Assembly: GCA_002269645.1 (NCBI GenBank)
Contig: NIVC01000996.1
Coordinates: 62,001 to 126,000 of the forward strand
Length of the DNA: 64,000 nt
Direction: 5' to 3'
Source of the DNA: Macrostomum lignano
Lineage: Eukaryota
In this document: positions 1 to 11,562 of the stretch, in pieces
Numbering within the stretch: position 1 is the first letter of the stretch
How the letters are laid out: the number at the start of each line of letters is the position of its first letter
Program-made: the position numbers and the translations under genes
The notes under the pieces: generated by a model
The model's database searches: none
Told to the model about the DNA's origin: nothing
The model's input: the letters and a program-made list of their open reading frames with translations, nothing else

Positions 1-921
1 AAGGATGTGGAATTCGCTGAGAGTCGACGGGCGTTGGACGCTTCAATGAAGATGAGTACTCGAGAGGGCAGAGGTAGTGGACTGCGTAGAGCTGAGCCTG
101 TTCCTGCCAGCATAGAAGACAAGCTGTGGCAAAGTGGCATGCTTGGTCGGGATACGCCAAAACAGCTAGTGAGTGCTCTGATCTGGTGCGTCGGTAAGCA
201 CTTTGCTCTCCGCGGGGGATCCGAACTGCGTAATCTGGTGTACAACCGCCAAATCCAACTGGAGAAGGTAGACAATGAATTTTGCTTGGTTTATAGAGAC
301 AACGCTGGAACGAAATCCAATCAAGGCGGCCTAAAGGGCCTTCGTCGCGAACCCAAGGTTGTCAGAGCTTTCCACACCGAAGATCATGCCAGGTGCATTG
401 TCTGTGTGTACACGGACTACTGCGCGCGTCGGCCACGTGAGTGCCATGAAGCTCTTATCTTGTCATGCAATCGTCAGTGGAAGCCAGACAGCCGCGCCGA
501 GTGGTTTATGCGGACGCCAATGGGACGGCACACCCTGGCTGACACTGTCAAGACTTTAGTGAACGATGTTTCGCCTGGTAATGGTACACGCTACACTAAT
601 CAAAGTCTACGCAAGATCTGCGCTACCACCCTGAACGAGGCTGGCGTGCAACGAGCTGACATAGCACGTGTGACCGGGCACAGTAGCAACGCTTTAGAGC
701 GCTACATTGGCATCTCAATGAGTCAAGAGAAAACTTTCAGCGCCATCCTAGCTGGATCTGCAGCTGCTGAAACGAAACCGGAAAGTGCAGCAAAAACCGA
801 GCCGACCGGGGCTGGAGATGGACGGTGGCGTTGGCAGTGGTCAACCAAGGGTGAAGAGAATGCGCCTGGAGGTGTGTGGCGATACAAACAAAGTGAGCAT
901 CTATTTCGAATGATTGAATGA
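1..921 (+). mobile_element. Crypton-type (DUF3504-like) tyrosine recombinase ORF, 5' part cut by the window edge
   Basis: The frame is open from base 1. It carries tyrosine-recombinase motifs in Crypton/ZMYM-family context: KLW..G.LG.DTP, FALRGGSE (catalytic R), K.NQGGLK, PMGRHTL, TNQSLR (HxxR position), VTGHS (H) and LERY (catalytic Y). Confidence 0.8.
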
Positions 922-1079
922 TTGAAGTGACAAAATACAGCATCGTAAAAAAATTTCTTCCTTTAATATTGCATTGTTAATGTTGTTTTATTACATCACT
1001 TTCTGATAATAAATATACTGTTGTTGAGTTGATTTCTCTGGCCCGGACCGCTGTTTCTTTGGCCGGGCCAAAGAAAGAA

Positions 1080-1500
1080 TTGTTGCATTGAACCATAGAT
1101 ATATATGGAGCGGCCAAATGGGGTAGAAATCGCCTTATACTGTCCCTTAGGCTGTTGGACTGATTTACAGAGACTCGCAGCCATAGACAAAATTAGCGAA
1201 GGAAGGAAGGAAGGAATAAAAAATTTCAGGGATTTTTTCGAATAAATCCCGGAAAGGAAAGTAGTACAAGATAGATATATCGTGGTTTTTATGGTCGGCA
1301 CTTCACTTGGTAGGCTCTCGGGATTTAAACACATACCGACCTAAAAACCATGACTCGTGAAAGGAAACGCTTTCACGAGTGAAACGAAAGAGCCGCTTAT
1401 ACTCATCGTCGCGATACACGTCCATACTGTGTCGCTCGATATATAGTCTTAGCTCCGCAGGCACTCTGTCTGGAATGAATTCGGCCATCTGGAATAACGC
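1080..1500 (-). mobile_element. Possible decayed PIF/Harbinger (HARBI1-like) transposase N-terminal fragment
   Basis: Minus-strand peptides DDEYKRLFRFTRESV and KAISTP...IYGSMQQ resemble the Harbinger N-terminal F..RFRF and AIS...GSFQ blocks. They lie in different frames, and the match is by eye only. Confidence 0.35.
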
Positions 1501-1933
1501 AAGTAGCCAGTGGCAGGCAGTGGCTGGAAGATTCACTTTTAAAGCAGTGGCTGGATGCTGCTCAACCAGTGAGTCACTACAGAGGAGACTCAACTTTTGC
1601 TGAGCAAGATCTCAAGACAATTTGTTTATGACTAGTTTATTCATACTGAAGCGAGTCTCTACTCAGTCACCGAGCATTTGCTGTCGGGAGAGCACTAACT
1701 CTTGGGAAATCGATTTTGAGCACTTGCTCAGGAGGACGCACTCATTTTATTCATACCGATTTGAGAATCTCGCCGAGTTTGAGCAACTACTCACGGCCAA
1801 TTATACGGCCAATTGAGTAGTCCCTGATTCGACATCTCAGTTCGATCGCCAGCTGTCTAGACAGTTCTTTGAATGCAAATTGAAGATTTTTTAGTACTAT
1901 TAGGCAGTATATTTTTAGTACTGTCTGCATCCG

Positions 1934-2125
1934 TGGCGCACTTTAAGCGACATTAATGCCTGCCCATTCCGCCGACTACCCTGAGCAGGTACACAAGAGC
2001 GCGGATAAGTACGCAGTCATACGCACAGGCACACACTCACACAGGATTGTACAGCAACCCTAATTTTATTTATCGTTAGGCATGTACGCCTCACTGTGCC
2101 CTAATTGCACGAGCAGAGCCAAGCC
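1934..2125 (-). mobile_element. SINE family B, headless copy
   Basis: Shares TGGCGCACTTTAAGCGACA, CCCATTCCG, CCCTGAGCAGG, GTTAGGCATGTAC and TAATTGCACGAGCAGAGCCAAGCC with the copy at 51545-51905, which retains a tRNA-like head. Confidence 0.65.
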
Positions 2126-2394
2126 GCGACTTTGCAACCTGCAGCGACGAACTCTCGCGACTCAATAATTGCAGCTCGTATTTGAGGACAATATATAGCT
2201 ATATTTACTATCTTACTTTCGTCAATCCTTTAAAACTTGATCTCTTTCGAAAGCCGTCAGGTCTAGGGAGCTGTTGCTGTCATTTTTACAACAACATCAA
2301 CAAAATACGCTGTCAGGATGGCAAAAGTCAGCGTCACAGGGCGCGTTTCATGGCTTGGGCGCGAACAAAGGCCGCGGCACCGGCAGTGTCCGGG

Positions 2395-3152
2395 GCGCCG
2401 GCGTCAGCCAGCAGACAGTCGACATAACGCCGACATAACGCGTGGGTCGACGTCAACCGGAGAAGCGGCTCAGCGTGCTTGGCTACGCCGACGACCTCGC
2501 CCTGCTGTCCTCGACAGTCGAGGGGGCCAACGGCAGCTGGACAGGCTAGTTGCCGTTGCGGCGAGTGTCGGCCTGGTGGTCAACACGCAGAAGACCGTTG
2601 TGCTCTGCGTGCCATCGACATCGAGGCTGCAATATTCTGCCGAGACGCTGACGGGCAGGCGAGCGAACTCCCGCGATGTCAGCAGTTCGTCTACCTCGGC
2701 GGTCTGGTTCCAGACGCTCGCGAGGACCTGCGACGCCGCCGCGGGCTTGCCTGGGCTGCCTTTCGTTCTGTGAGGGCAGTCCTGCAGTCCGAGGCCCTAC
2801 CGGACCGCCAGAGGGCGGCGCTGTTCCAGGCGGTAATCGAGACCGTCCTGCTGTACAACGCCGAGACCTGGACGCTGACGGACTCACTTGAACAGCAAGT
2901 CGATGCGGCGCACGCTGGCCTGCTGCGCGCCGCCTTCAACATCGTCGTCGAGCGAGTCAACAACGCGGCACTCTATCGCCGCGCTGGCCTGCCACGTCCA
3001 AGCGATCTACTGCGCCGTCGGCGACTCCAGCTCGCAGGCCATCTCATCCGCGCCGAGTCGTACTGCTCACAGCCGGTGCAGGAGGTGCTGCTGCTCACGC
3101 TGCAGGCACCCTACCGGCGAGGTCAAGCGCGAACTCGGCGTTATGTCGACTG
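2395..3152 (+). mobile_element. 5'-truncated non-LTR retrotransposon (RTE-like) reverse transcriptase C-terminal fragment
   Basis: LGYADDLALL (YADD at 2484-2495), then GLVVNTQKT, FVYLG, VLLYNAETWTLT and RRLQLAGHLIR. Two frameshifts are needed to join these motifs. Confidence 0.85.
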
Positions 3153-3791
3153 TCATTTTCAACTACCGGGATTGCATGGCCTTAAACCAGATGGACCTGT
3201 AATCCTAAAATTGAAAAACTAAACGAAGCGGTGCAGCCCCGGACTTAGATTATTCTGCATAGAGGTTACAACGTTACGCAACATTAGCCTCTTATGCAGC
3301 CATAGAAATGTGAAAAAAATGCATATTATGATCTATGCTCTAGCCATCTGTTGAAGGTCCAGAAGCCCGCCTGGGTGAAGGACAGTGACAAACGAAATCA
3401 AGCTGCTGCAGACACATGTGGTCGACGTGCTGGTGAAATTTGGAGGCTTGGCAAGGCTGCACTGAGGCGCAGTGCTGATTGGCGCACAGGGGTGAACTGA
3501 ATACACTGGCGCTTATGGGAAAGTCCGACCTTCTGGCAGAATCGTTGAATATCTCGACAGTCTGGAGACTGGCGACTTGATTCTTGTTTGAGAAAGTTTG
3601 CAACAAAAAGGCAGCCCGTGTTCTTGAATTTCGTGTGCCTGCGTTGTTCCGTTCCGGCGCAGCAAAAAAAAATTGTCAGGCGCTGAGGTGGAATTTTCCG
3701 CTCCAATCTTGTTTGCAGCTTTTCGACAAGAGCAACATAAGTAAATAATGATGGTACTTGGGTCCTTGACTCAAATGAGTGGTCAAATTTG

Positions 3792-4764
3792 TACGAAGGG
3801 TGTCCCAAAAGTCGGTGCACTTTCTTCACTACAGTCTTTTCTGACCGATCAAAAATATTAAGAATTTTGCAGTTGAAAAGAGAATTATCTGCCCGTTAAA
3901 ATGACTTTCTGTTTATTTCTGTATCTGCTTGCATTCTTGAGATATGAGCACTTTTCTGCCCCACCCCCTGTGCTACTTTTACAAATTGCCATAGACCTGA
4001 TGCACGAAACGACAAAGCATTCAACGAATCAACAAAACAGCCGCAACATGAAAGCTGAGGAAAGAACAGTTAAAAGTTAATCAACATTGTCTTGAGGCTT
4101 CTCCACACAGTCACCAGTGCGCTGCACACTTTTGCCATCGGCTGTGCATGTCGTCAATCAGCAAAATCTGAGCGCGGCATCTCATGAAGGAGAACTTGGC
4201 GAGTCAATGCTTCCAGGCTCCCACGACAAGCAAAGATTTGTCGATGCAGCAGCTTCTTCCTCTTTGGAAAGAAGGCAAAGTCAGCTGTTGAGAAATCCGG
4301 AGAGTAGGGTGGCAGTGAGAGCAGCACAAAATTTGCCTGCTCGATCGTCTCCTCCGGTTTCTTGGCCGTGTGGGACGTGCGTTGTCGACATGCACAGCCG
4401 ATGGCAGAAGTGTGCATCACAGTGGTGACTATGTGGAGAAGCCTCAGGACAATGTTGATTAACTTTTAACTGTTCTTTCCTCAGCTTTCATGTTGCGGAT
4501 GTTTTGTTGATTCGTTGAATGCTTCGTCGTTTCGTGCATCAGGTACAAAGCTTTGGTCTATGGCAATTTGTAAAAGTAGCACAGTGGGTGGGGCAGAAAA
4601 GTGCTCATATCTCAAGAATGCCAGCAGATACAGAAATAAACAGAAAGTCATTTTAACGGCCAGATAATTAATTCTCTTTTCAACTGCAAAAGACTTAATA
4701 TTTCTGATCGGTCAGAAAAGACTGTTGTGAAGAAAGTGCACCAACTTTTGGGACACCCCTCGTA
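3792..4764. mobile_element. Non-autonomous mariner derivative with ~360-bp inverted arms
   Basis: Ends TA|CGAAGGGTGTCCCAAAAG and CTTTTGGGACACCCCTCG|TA, giving a TA TSD. Arms 3794-4150 and 4389-4762 are reverse complements. The minus-strand centre encodes VDNARP and PPYSPD..ADFAFFP, and each arm encodes RWQKC. Confidence 0.9.
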
Positions 4765-6389
4765 GCAAAACTGCTTACTGCCTAGCAAAATCAAGGCATA
4801 ATGCACACGTATGCATCAAAAGAAGTACATGCATAGAATGTTCGTTTCATTCATTGTTGTTTCTTCTTACACAATAGTTAGCTATAGCTAACTAGTTAAC
4901 TAGCTAACTAACTAACTAACTATAGCTAACTAGTTAGTTAGGCTATAGCTATAGCTAAGCTGTCTTCTTCCACCAATCTCCCTGAATACGAGTAGAACGA
5001 TAGACTGAGTAAAAAGATTTGCAGATTAACAAGACTGAAAGATTCGCCAACGCAGTTCAATGTTGCTTTAATTTTTTTTCGAAAAAAATGTTTTCCAGAC
5101 AGCAGACTGCACTGCTAGCAGAAAATCACACTCGAAATATAGGCAGCGCAATCAATGGCTTTTCATATTCTTGCAGTCAAAATATATCTTCCCAATAAAA
5201 ACGTTTGAGGTGGAAAAAACAGTTACTCAATTTTTAAAAAGTTCACTGGCTTTTTTCAATTTGAAAAAAAACAAATTTCTGGTCGACTTGTCTGCGTGCG
5301 AAAAAAAAACAAGTCTATTCCTTTTGGCTACATCCTGTATTTAAGCTCGCGGATTTAGGCAAGCAATTTTTGCAAGCTTGACAAACTGAGAGGGACCATT
5401 TGGTAAGTGAATTTTTCTACTCTTGAAATTCAGCTTTCATTATATCATACACGTTAGACGTAACGTGGATCTATTTAGATTTAATGCCTAAGGGTATTTG
5501 TGAATATAGTTACCACAATCTAATAACGTTGCGCGAAAAATCTTCAATGACTTCTTTATTTTTTTACTCCATACAAATTTATTGCATGCGTTCGTCAACT
5601 AAAAAGAAATTTATCTTATAATCAGAACATATTGAAAATCAACTAAGTACATTAAAAATAACAATAGTACTTATGCAGTACTTTAAGTAGTACCTTACCT
5701 TAAGTAGACTTTTACATACGAGTATCTAGTTGGGCTCGCTTTCTGGTTTCTAAAACTTGGTATATGATAATAGTTAAATAGTTCAACCAAATCAAGCTTA
5801 GTATTTTAAAATTCAACTCAAAATAAGTGGACTTTGTGTGCAGCTCACTTGACTGACCATCTTGGTAGGGATGTATTACATCTTCGATATTTTTTATTGC
5901 GATGAGGTTAAATTTTAAGCTTCCAAAGCTATAAAAAGCCATGAAAGTTCGAGCCAGCTACAAGCAGAGTGAAGTTTTTGAAGTTTAGAATTTTTTGTCC
6001 TGTTTTACTAGATTCGGTCTCATAGCAGAAGAACGCTAATCTCTAGTTTCTTAGAAAGGAGCTTAAAGACAGTAGGAACGTCTTTTTTCATAGCGCTAGC
6101 GCATTTAATGTAAACAAAATCGATCGAAAAAACTCTGCGCCAGTAGAATCGGATTTCCCCAGAGCTCATAGCAAATGTACCAGTAGCGATATGAAAAAAT
6201 CAATGTTCCTTCGGCCCTCCAGATCATTTCTAAGAGAATAAGAGAGTGACGTCTTTCGGCTTTTTATTTGTCCATGTTAAGTCTTTTAACGACGTATAAT
6301 TTTAGGCTCACAGAACACCACTTTTCTTCTACGAGCTATATTCCATCATTATGTTCTATTAGGAACTCGAACCACTTCTCTTTTCAGAA

Positions 6390-7705
6390 AAAGGATCAAC
6401 AGCAGAAAAATACTTGTCAACAATTCAACCCATAATACTGACGGCTCTTCTGCTGATCGCGACGCAGCTGTCAAGATGTGCTCCAACATCCGGTGACGAC
6501 TCGCGAAGCTCAAGTTCTACCGGTTGCAACGTTGCTCATTTCGATATAACAACCGCTCTTTATGTGAACCAGTCAGTCGACCCATGCGAGGACATGTTCG
6601 ACTTCCTAGACGAACTTTCGACGGAAACCGTCAGCGACACGATAAAGCATTGCTGAGTCAAGCTCAGGACACTGTCGATAGACGGCTGCACCAGCTGCTG
6701 AAGAGCCCGACAACGCTGAAGAAACGCGGCCAGAACGACGACTTGGTGTCGAACCTGAGCGGAACTGCTGGGAGACTCTACCGCGACTGTCTCAGCTGGA
6801 AAAACGGCAGCGAATCTCAAGCAGACGCAGAAAGCAGTTCGTTTCTGTAATCGGCAGTCAGAGAACTGCTTAGCCAGCTAAAGACCGAGTCGAGTCGTCG
6901 AGTGGAAAGACTTCGGATTGAGTCGCTGATGGCAGTTCTCGTCAAGACTGGCGTGCGGATGTCATTTTCTCTCGAGCCAGTCTCGGACTCAACAAACAGG
7001 CTTCATGCGATACTGCCTGCTGTTGCCAAGAATGTTACAAAAAGTACCGTGCTGGAAATTAGCACATCGTCAGCTACTTACAATGGTACACTGCAGGTGA
7101 AAGTGTTCGGCGTCATGGTCTTGGAAACAGCACTAGATTAAGTCTATTTCTTGACTTCCTAAAAAAGTGGAATACAAAAAGTCCAGTAGACCTGGACTTT
7201 GAGCAAACTAAAAAAGCATTCGGTTTTCTGCGTCTGCAGTTTTTATTTAAATCTGTGATGTCAGAGCCATGTTTTCAAAGAAGGATTCCGGATATGCTCC
7301 GTTCGGTGAAGACAGTTGAGAGACTTGAAAACATCACGCAGTGCGCGTTAGCAGGTACTCGAGCTGCAGTTCTATGGACCGAATTTTTCAAAACATATTG
7401 GAACCGAATTTGAAAACCAGCGAAACTCGTCTGGCTGGGTCTTATTCTAGTTTTTCTAACTTTTTGGAGATCGCCATGTTTCTGGCAAGAATTGCGCCAT
7501 CAAGCAGGAATCTAGAAGAAATACTGACCAAGCCCATCGGTCAGATCATCCTGTTTGACTGGCTCTGGGCATTGTCAACTACCGTTCCGAATGGATTCGC
7601 CAAAACTTTGCAGCTCGAGCACTTTCAAAGAGCTGGTCCGCCTCGATTTCAGAGCTGTATTGAAACTACAAAAGACCTGCTGGAACCTGTGGTGACTACA
7701 ATATA
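6390..7705 (+). pseudogene. M13 (neprilysin/ECE-like) metallopeptidase, N-terminal domain only, disrupted
   Basis: A hydrophobic anchor (IILTALLLIA) precedes VNQSVDPCEDMFDF (M13 N.S.DPC.DF), RLYRDCL and PPRFQSCIETTKDLL..V..IY (M13 PRW..C motif). There are several stops and frameshifts, and no HEXXH domain was found. Confidence 0.65.
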
Positions 7706-7810
7706 CTAATATTGATGGGCTGCAGAGGGCAGAAACGGGCTATAACGCCGAGGAGCGTAGCGCCGAGGAGTGTTAGCTCGTTTCTGCCCGATGCGGCCCA
7801 TCCATATTAG
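7706..7810. mobile_element. ~105-bp hairpin/MITE-like element
   Basis: CTAATATTGATGGGCTGCAGAGGGCAGAAACGGGCTA aligns with the reverse complement of the right end, CTAATATGGATGGGCCGCATCGGGCAGAAACGAGCTA. The centre has two GCCGAGGAG copies. No clear TSD. Confidence 0.6.
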
Positions 7811-8061
7811 TGTTATAGTTAGCGGGCGTAAAACCGCGTTTCACGAGCCGCTGAGACTGTCTATGGTAAAATCCCATTTACTTTAATGCATTCAGTCGGT
7901 TTCACGGCCCGCTGAAAATTTCTATGGCAAGGTCAGAAGAAAGCGGAGCCCCCACATTAGCACACCAGCACACAAGACAAAGAAAGAAATAATGAAATCC
8001 AAAAAAATTGTCTATGTCCAAAACTCCTTATTTTGCGAATTGAAAAAATCTGACTGATACT

Positions 8062-8462
8062 GTGGGCGCCCATGTCTCTTGGTAGGTGCTCCTGTCACTT
8101 GGTGGGGGCCCGTGTCTCTTGGTGGGCGCCCTGTCTCTTAGTGGGCGCCCGTGTAGTTTTATCTCTTGGTGGGCACCCCTGTCTCTAGGTGGCCACCCGT
8201 GTCTCTTGATGGGCGCCTCTGTCTCTTGGTGGGCGCCCCTGTGTCTTGGTGGGCGCCCCTGTCTCTTGGTGGGCGCCCCTGTCTCTTGGTGGGCGCCCCT
8301 GTCTCTTGGTGGGCGCCCCTGTCTATTGGTGGGCGCTCCTGTCTCTTGGTGGGTGCCCCTGTCTATTGGTGGGCGCCTCTGTCTCTTGGTGGGCGCCTCT
8401 GTCTCTTGGTGGGCGCCCCTGTCTCTTGGTGGGCGCCTCTGTCTCTTGGTGGGCGCCCGTGT
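8062..8462. repeat. 20-bp minisatellite (GTGGGCGCCCCTGTCTCTTG)n, ~20 copies
   Basis: Directly visible tandem array. The same family recurs at 42918-43116. Confidence 0.95.
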
Positions 8463-9195
8463 CTACTTCTCCGGCTGGTGGATGCCACGTTCTAAGAGAT
8501 TAGCAAAAGTTGAGCTACTGTCGTTCGTCGAGCTGTAGTTTGTCAAGGAACGCAGTTTTATGGGAGCGATTCGGGTCGACCTTTGGTCCCCGTCTGCGTA
8601 CGCCACAGATTTGAGTGTACTTAACACTGGAATGGGAGGACATCGTATACTTTCCTCTAAAACGCGTATTGGCTACCGTTTGGAATGAACGCATCTGCAA
8701 GCCATTCTGATTTGCATTCTGTATAGTGATGCTATGACTAAATACAGTTGTATCAGAGGGGTGGAATGTCAAGGGTAGAGAATTTTTCCAAGTGATCGGT
8801 TGATGGGAGAACTATAGGGTTTATAAGTAAAGGATCTAGATAAAAACACATTCACGTTACTTTATCTCCTGCTGACTCTGGGCAAAGAATAGATTTCATA
8901 CGGGCTTGCCTTTCCAATAGTTCATCCGACTGCCAAGTTGTCAGGCGTAGTTGTAGTTTGGGGAACAGTGAAGGCAGGAATTCTTAATGAGGAATTCAGA
9001 GAGCTGCCGCTCTGCTATGTGTATGTTATACGTATATATTGCGATTAATTATATTCAGGGTAAGACAGTGTTCCATGGTTGATACAGGGTAGGTATGTAT
9101 ATAGGAACTGGAATCACAGTAAGCGGGTGAAGAAAAAAGTACATGGATTTTTTTATGAATAACCAAATGTCTGGTTCATTCAAGACAGGAGGGCG

Positions 9196-10640
9196 CCAGG
9201 ATGATTTGGGATAGACGCGGTAAAGTGCCTGGATCATTTGGAATATACGGTAAAGTGTCTGAATCATTTGGAATAGACGGTAAAGTGCCTGGATCATTTG
9301 GAATAGACGGTAAAGTGCCTGGATCATTTGGAATAGACGGTAAAGTGCCTGGATCATTTGGAATAGACGGTAAAGTGCCTGGATCATTTGGAATAGACGG
9401 TAAAGTGCCTGGATCATTTGAAATAGACAGTAAAGTGCCTGGATCATTTGGAATAGACGGTAAAGTGCCTGGATCATTTGGAATAGACGGTAAAGTGCCT
9501 GGATCATTTGGAATAGACAGTAAAGTGCCTGGATCATTTGGAATAGACGGTAAAAATCCTGGATCATTTGGAATAGACAGTAAAGTGCCTGGATCATTTG
9601 GAATAGACGGTAAAGTGCCAGGATCATTTGGAATAGACGGTAAACATCCTGGATCATTTCGAATAGACAGTAAAGTGCCTGGATCATTTGGAATAGACGG
9701 TAAAGTGCCTGGATCATTTGGAATAGACGGTAAAGTGCCTGGATCATTTGGAATAGACGGTAAAGTGCCTGGATCATTTGGAATAGACGGTAAAGTGCCT
9801 GGATCATTTGGAATAGACGGTAAAGTGCCTGGATCATTTGGAATAGACGGTAAAGTGCCTGGATCATTTGGAATAGACGGTAAAGTGCCTGGATCATTTG
9901 GAATAGACAGTAAAGTGCCTGGATCATTTGGAATAGACGGTAAAGTGCCTGGATCATTTGGAATAGACGGTAAAAATCCTGGATCATTTGGAATAGACAG
10001 TAAAGTGCCTGGATCATTTGGAATAGACGGTAAAGTGCCTGGATCATTTGGAATAGACGGTAAACATCCTGGATCATTTCGAATAGACAGTAAAGTGCCT
10101 GGATCATTTGGAATAGACGGTAAAGTGCCTGGATCATTTGGAATAGACGGTAAAGTGCCTGGATCATTTGGAATAGACAGTAAAGTGCCTGGATCATCTG
10201 GAATAGACGGTAAAGTGCCTGGATCATTTGGAATAGACGGTAAAGTGCCTGGATCATCTGGAATAGACGGTAAAGTGCCTGGATCATCTGGAATAGACGG
10301 TAAAGTGCCTGGATCATTTGGAATAGACAGTAAAGTGCCTGGATCATTTGGAATAGACGGTAAAGTGCCTGGATCATTTGGAATAGACGGTAAAGTGCCT
10401 GGATCATTTGGAATAGACGGTAAAGTGCCTGGATCATTTGGAATAGACAGTAAAGTGCCTGGATCATTTGGAATAGACGGTAAAGTGCCTGGATCATTTG
10501 GAATAGACGGTAAAAATCCTGGATCATCTGGAACAGACGGTAAAGTGCCTGGATCATTTGGAATAGACGGTAAAAATCCTGGATCATCTGGAACAGACGG
10601 TAAAGTGCCTGGATCATCTGGAAGAGACGTTGGGATAGAC
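9196..10640. repeat. 30-bp minisatellite (GAATAGACGGTAAAGTGCCTGGATCATTTG)n, ~48 copies
   Basis: Exact 30-bp periodicity. Variant units recur at 420-bp spacing (9541-9690 vs 9961-10110). Confidence 0.97.
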
Positions 10641-11562
10641 ACCAAGTTGCGCTGTATTATTGATGATGTTGGGATTTGAGATTTAAAGTGTCCAGCAAAA
10701 TCCATTTACAGAGAGACGATCAAGTGAACACTTTGAAAGAAAACATTAGACAAAATTTATGAACCTGTCAAAATTTGGAATCAATACATGTATTGGTAGC
10801 ACCATCAGTCTTTGCTACTGACCTCGTTAATTAAATTGGATAATCTGTCTCGAAAAGTTTCTAGCCTTGATTTTCTCATCAATTTAGTCTAAAAGATCGG
10901 TGAAGCAAAACGAAACAAATAACTTGCTACTCTTCTCTCTTGCATTCATTTATTGAACCGTGGGCCCTTACTATTGCAACTTGGCTTGGCATACTTGTAT
11001 GCACTTTATGCACAGAAATTCAATCAGACTTGTCATACACACCAGTGACTGATTGAAGACTTGACCTCTCACGCACTCATATATAACATCGTATCTTTGG
11101 GGCAAGACTGTTTGAGAAAGTAAAAATAAGTAACGCCTGATAAATACCATATACTCGTAGCAAAGTTACCAAGTAAAATTATTAATACAGAATACAATAT
11201 AAAGCTTATTAAAATTGATACTGGGACTCCTTTGAACAGAAGAAAAATTCAGTACATATGCACTTATATGGATGCTTAGAAATTGAAAAAAGTTACAACA
11301 AAAATTCTGTTTCAAGTTTGAACTATTAAGATCGCTATACAGATGATGATTTGTCATTCAGCAGACCATCAAGAGCTTGACAGGACACGCGATGAGGAAA
11401 TGTTTAATCGGCAAAGTTTTATTATATAAGCAAATATTCAAAAAATTTTAAGTACTCTGATGTCCGAAAATCTGTTCCCAGATTTGTTTACAACTCGAAT
11501 TTCAAATTGTAGCAGTTTAGCTACTGAGATTTTCATAGTCTGCGCTCTTCCACTTTCATGGT

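Noticed and set aside
9196-10640. CRISPR array
   Set aside because: The 30-bp units are contiguous with no spacers, and the context is eukaryotic.
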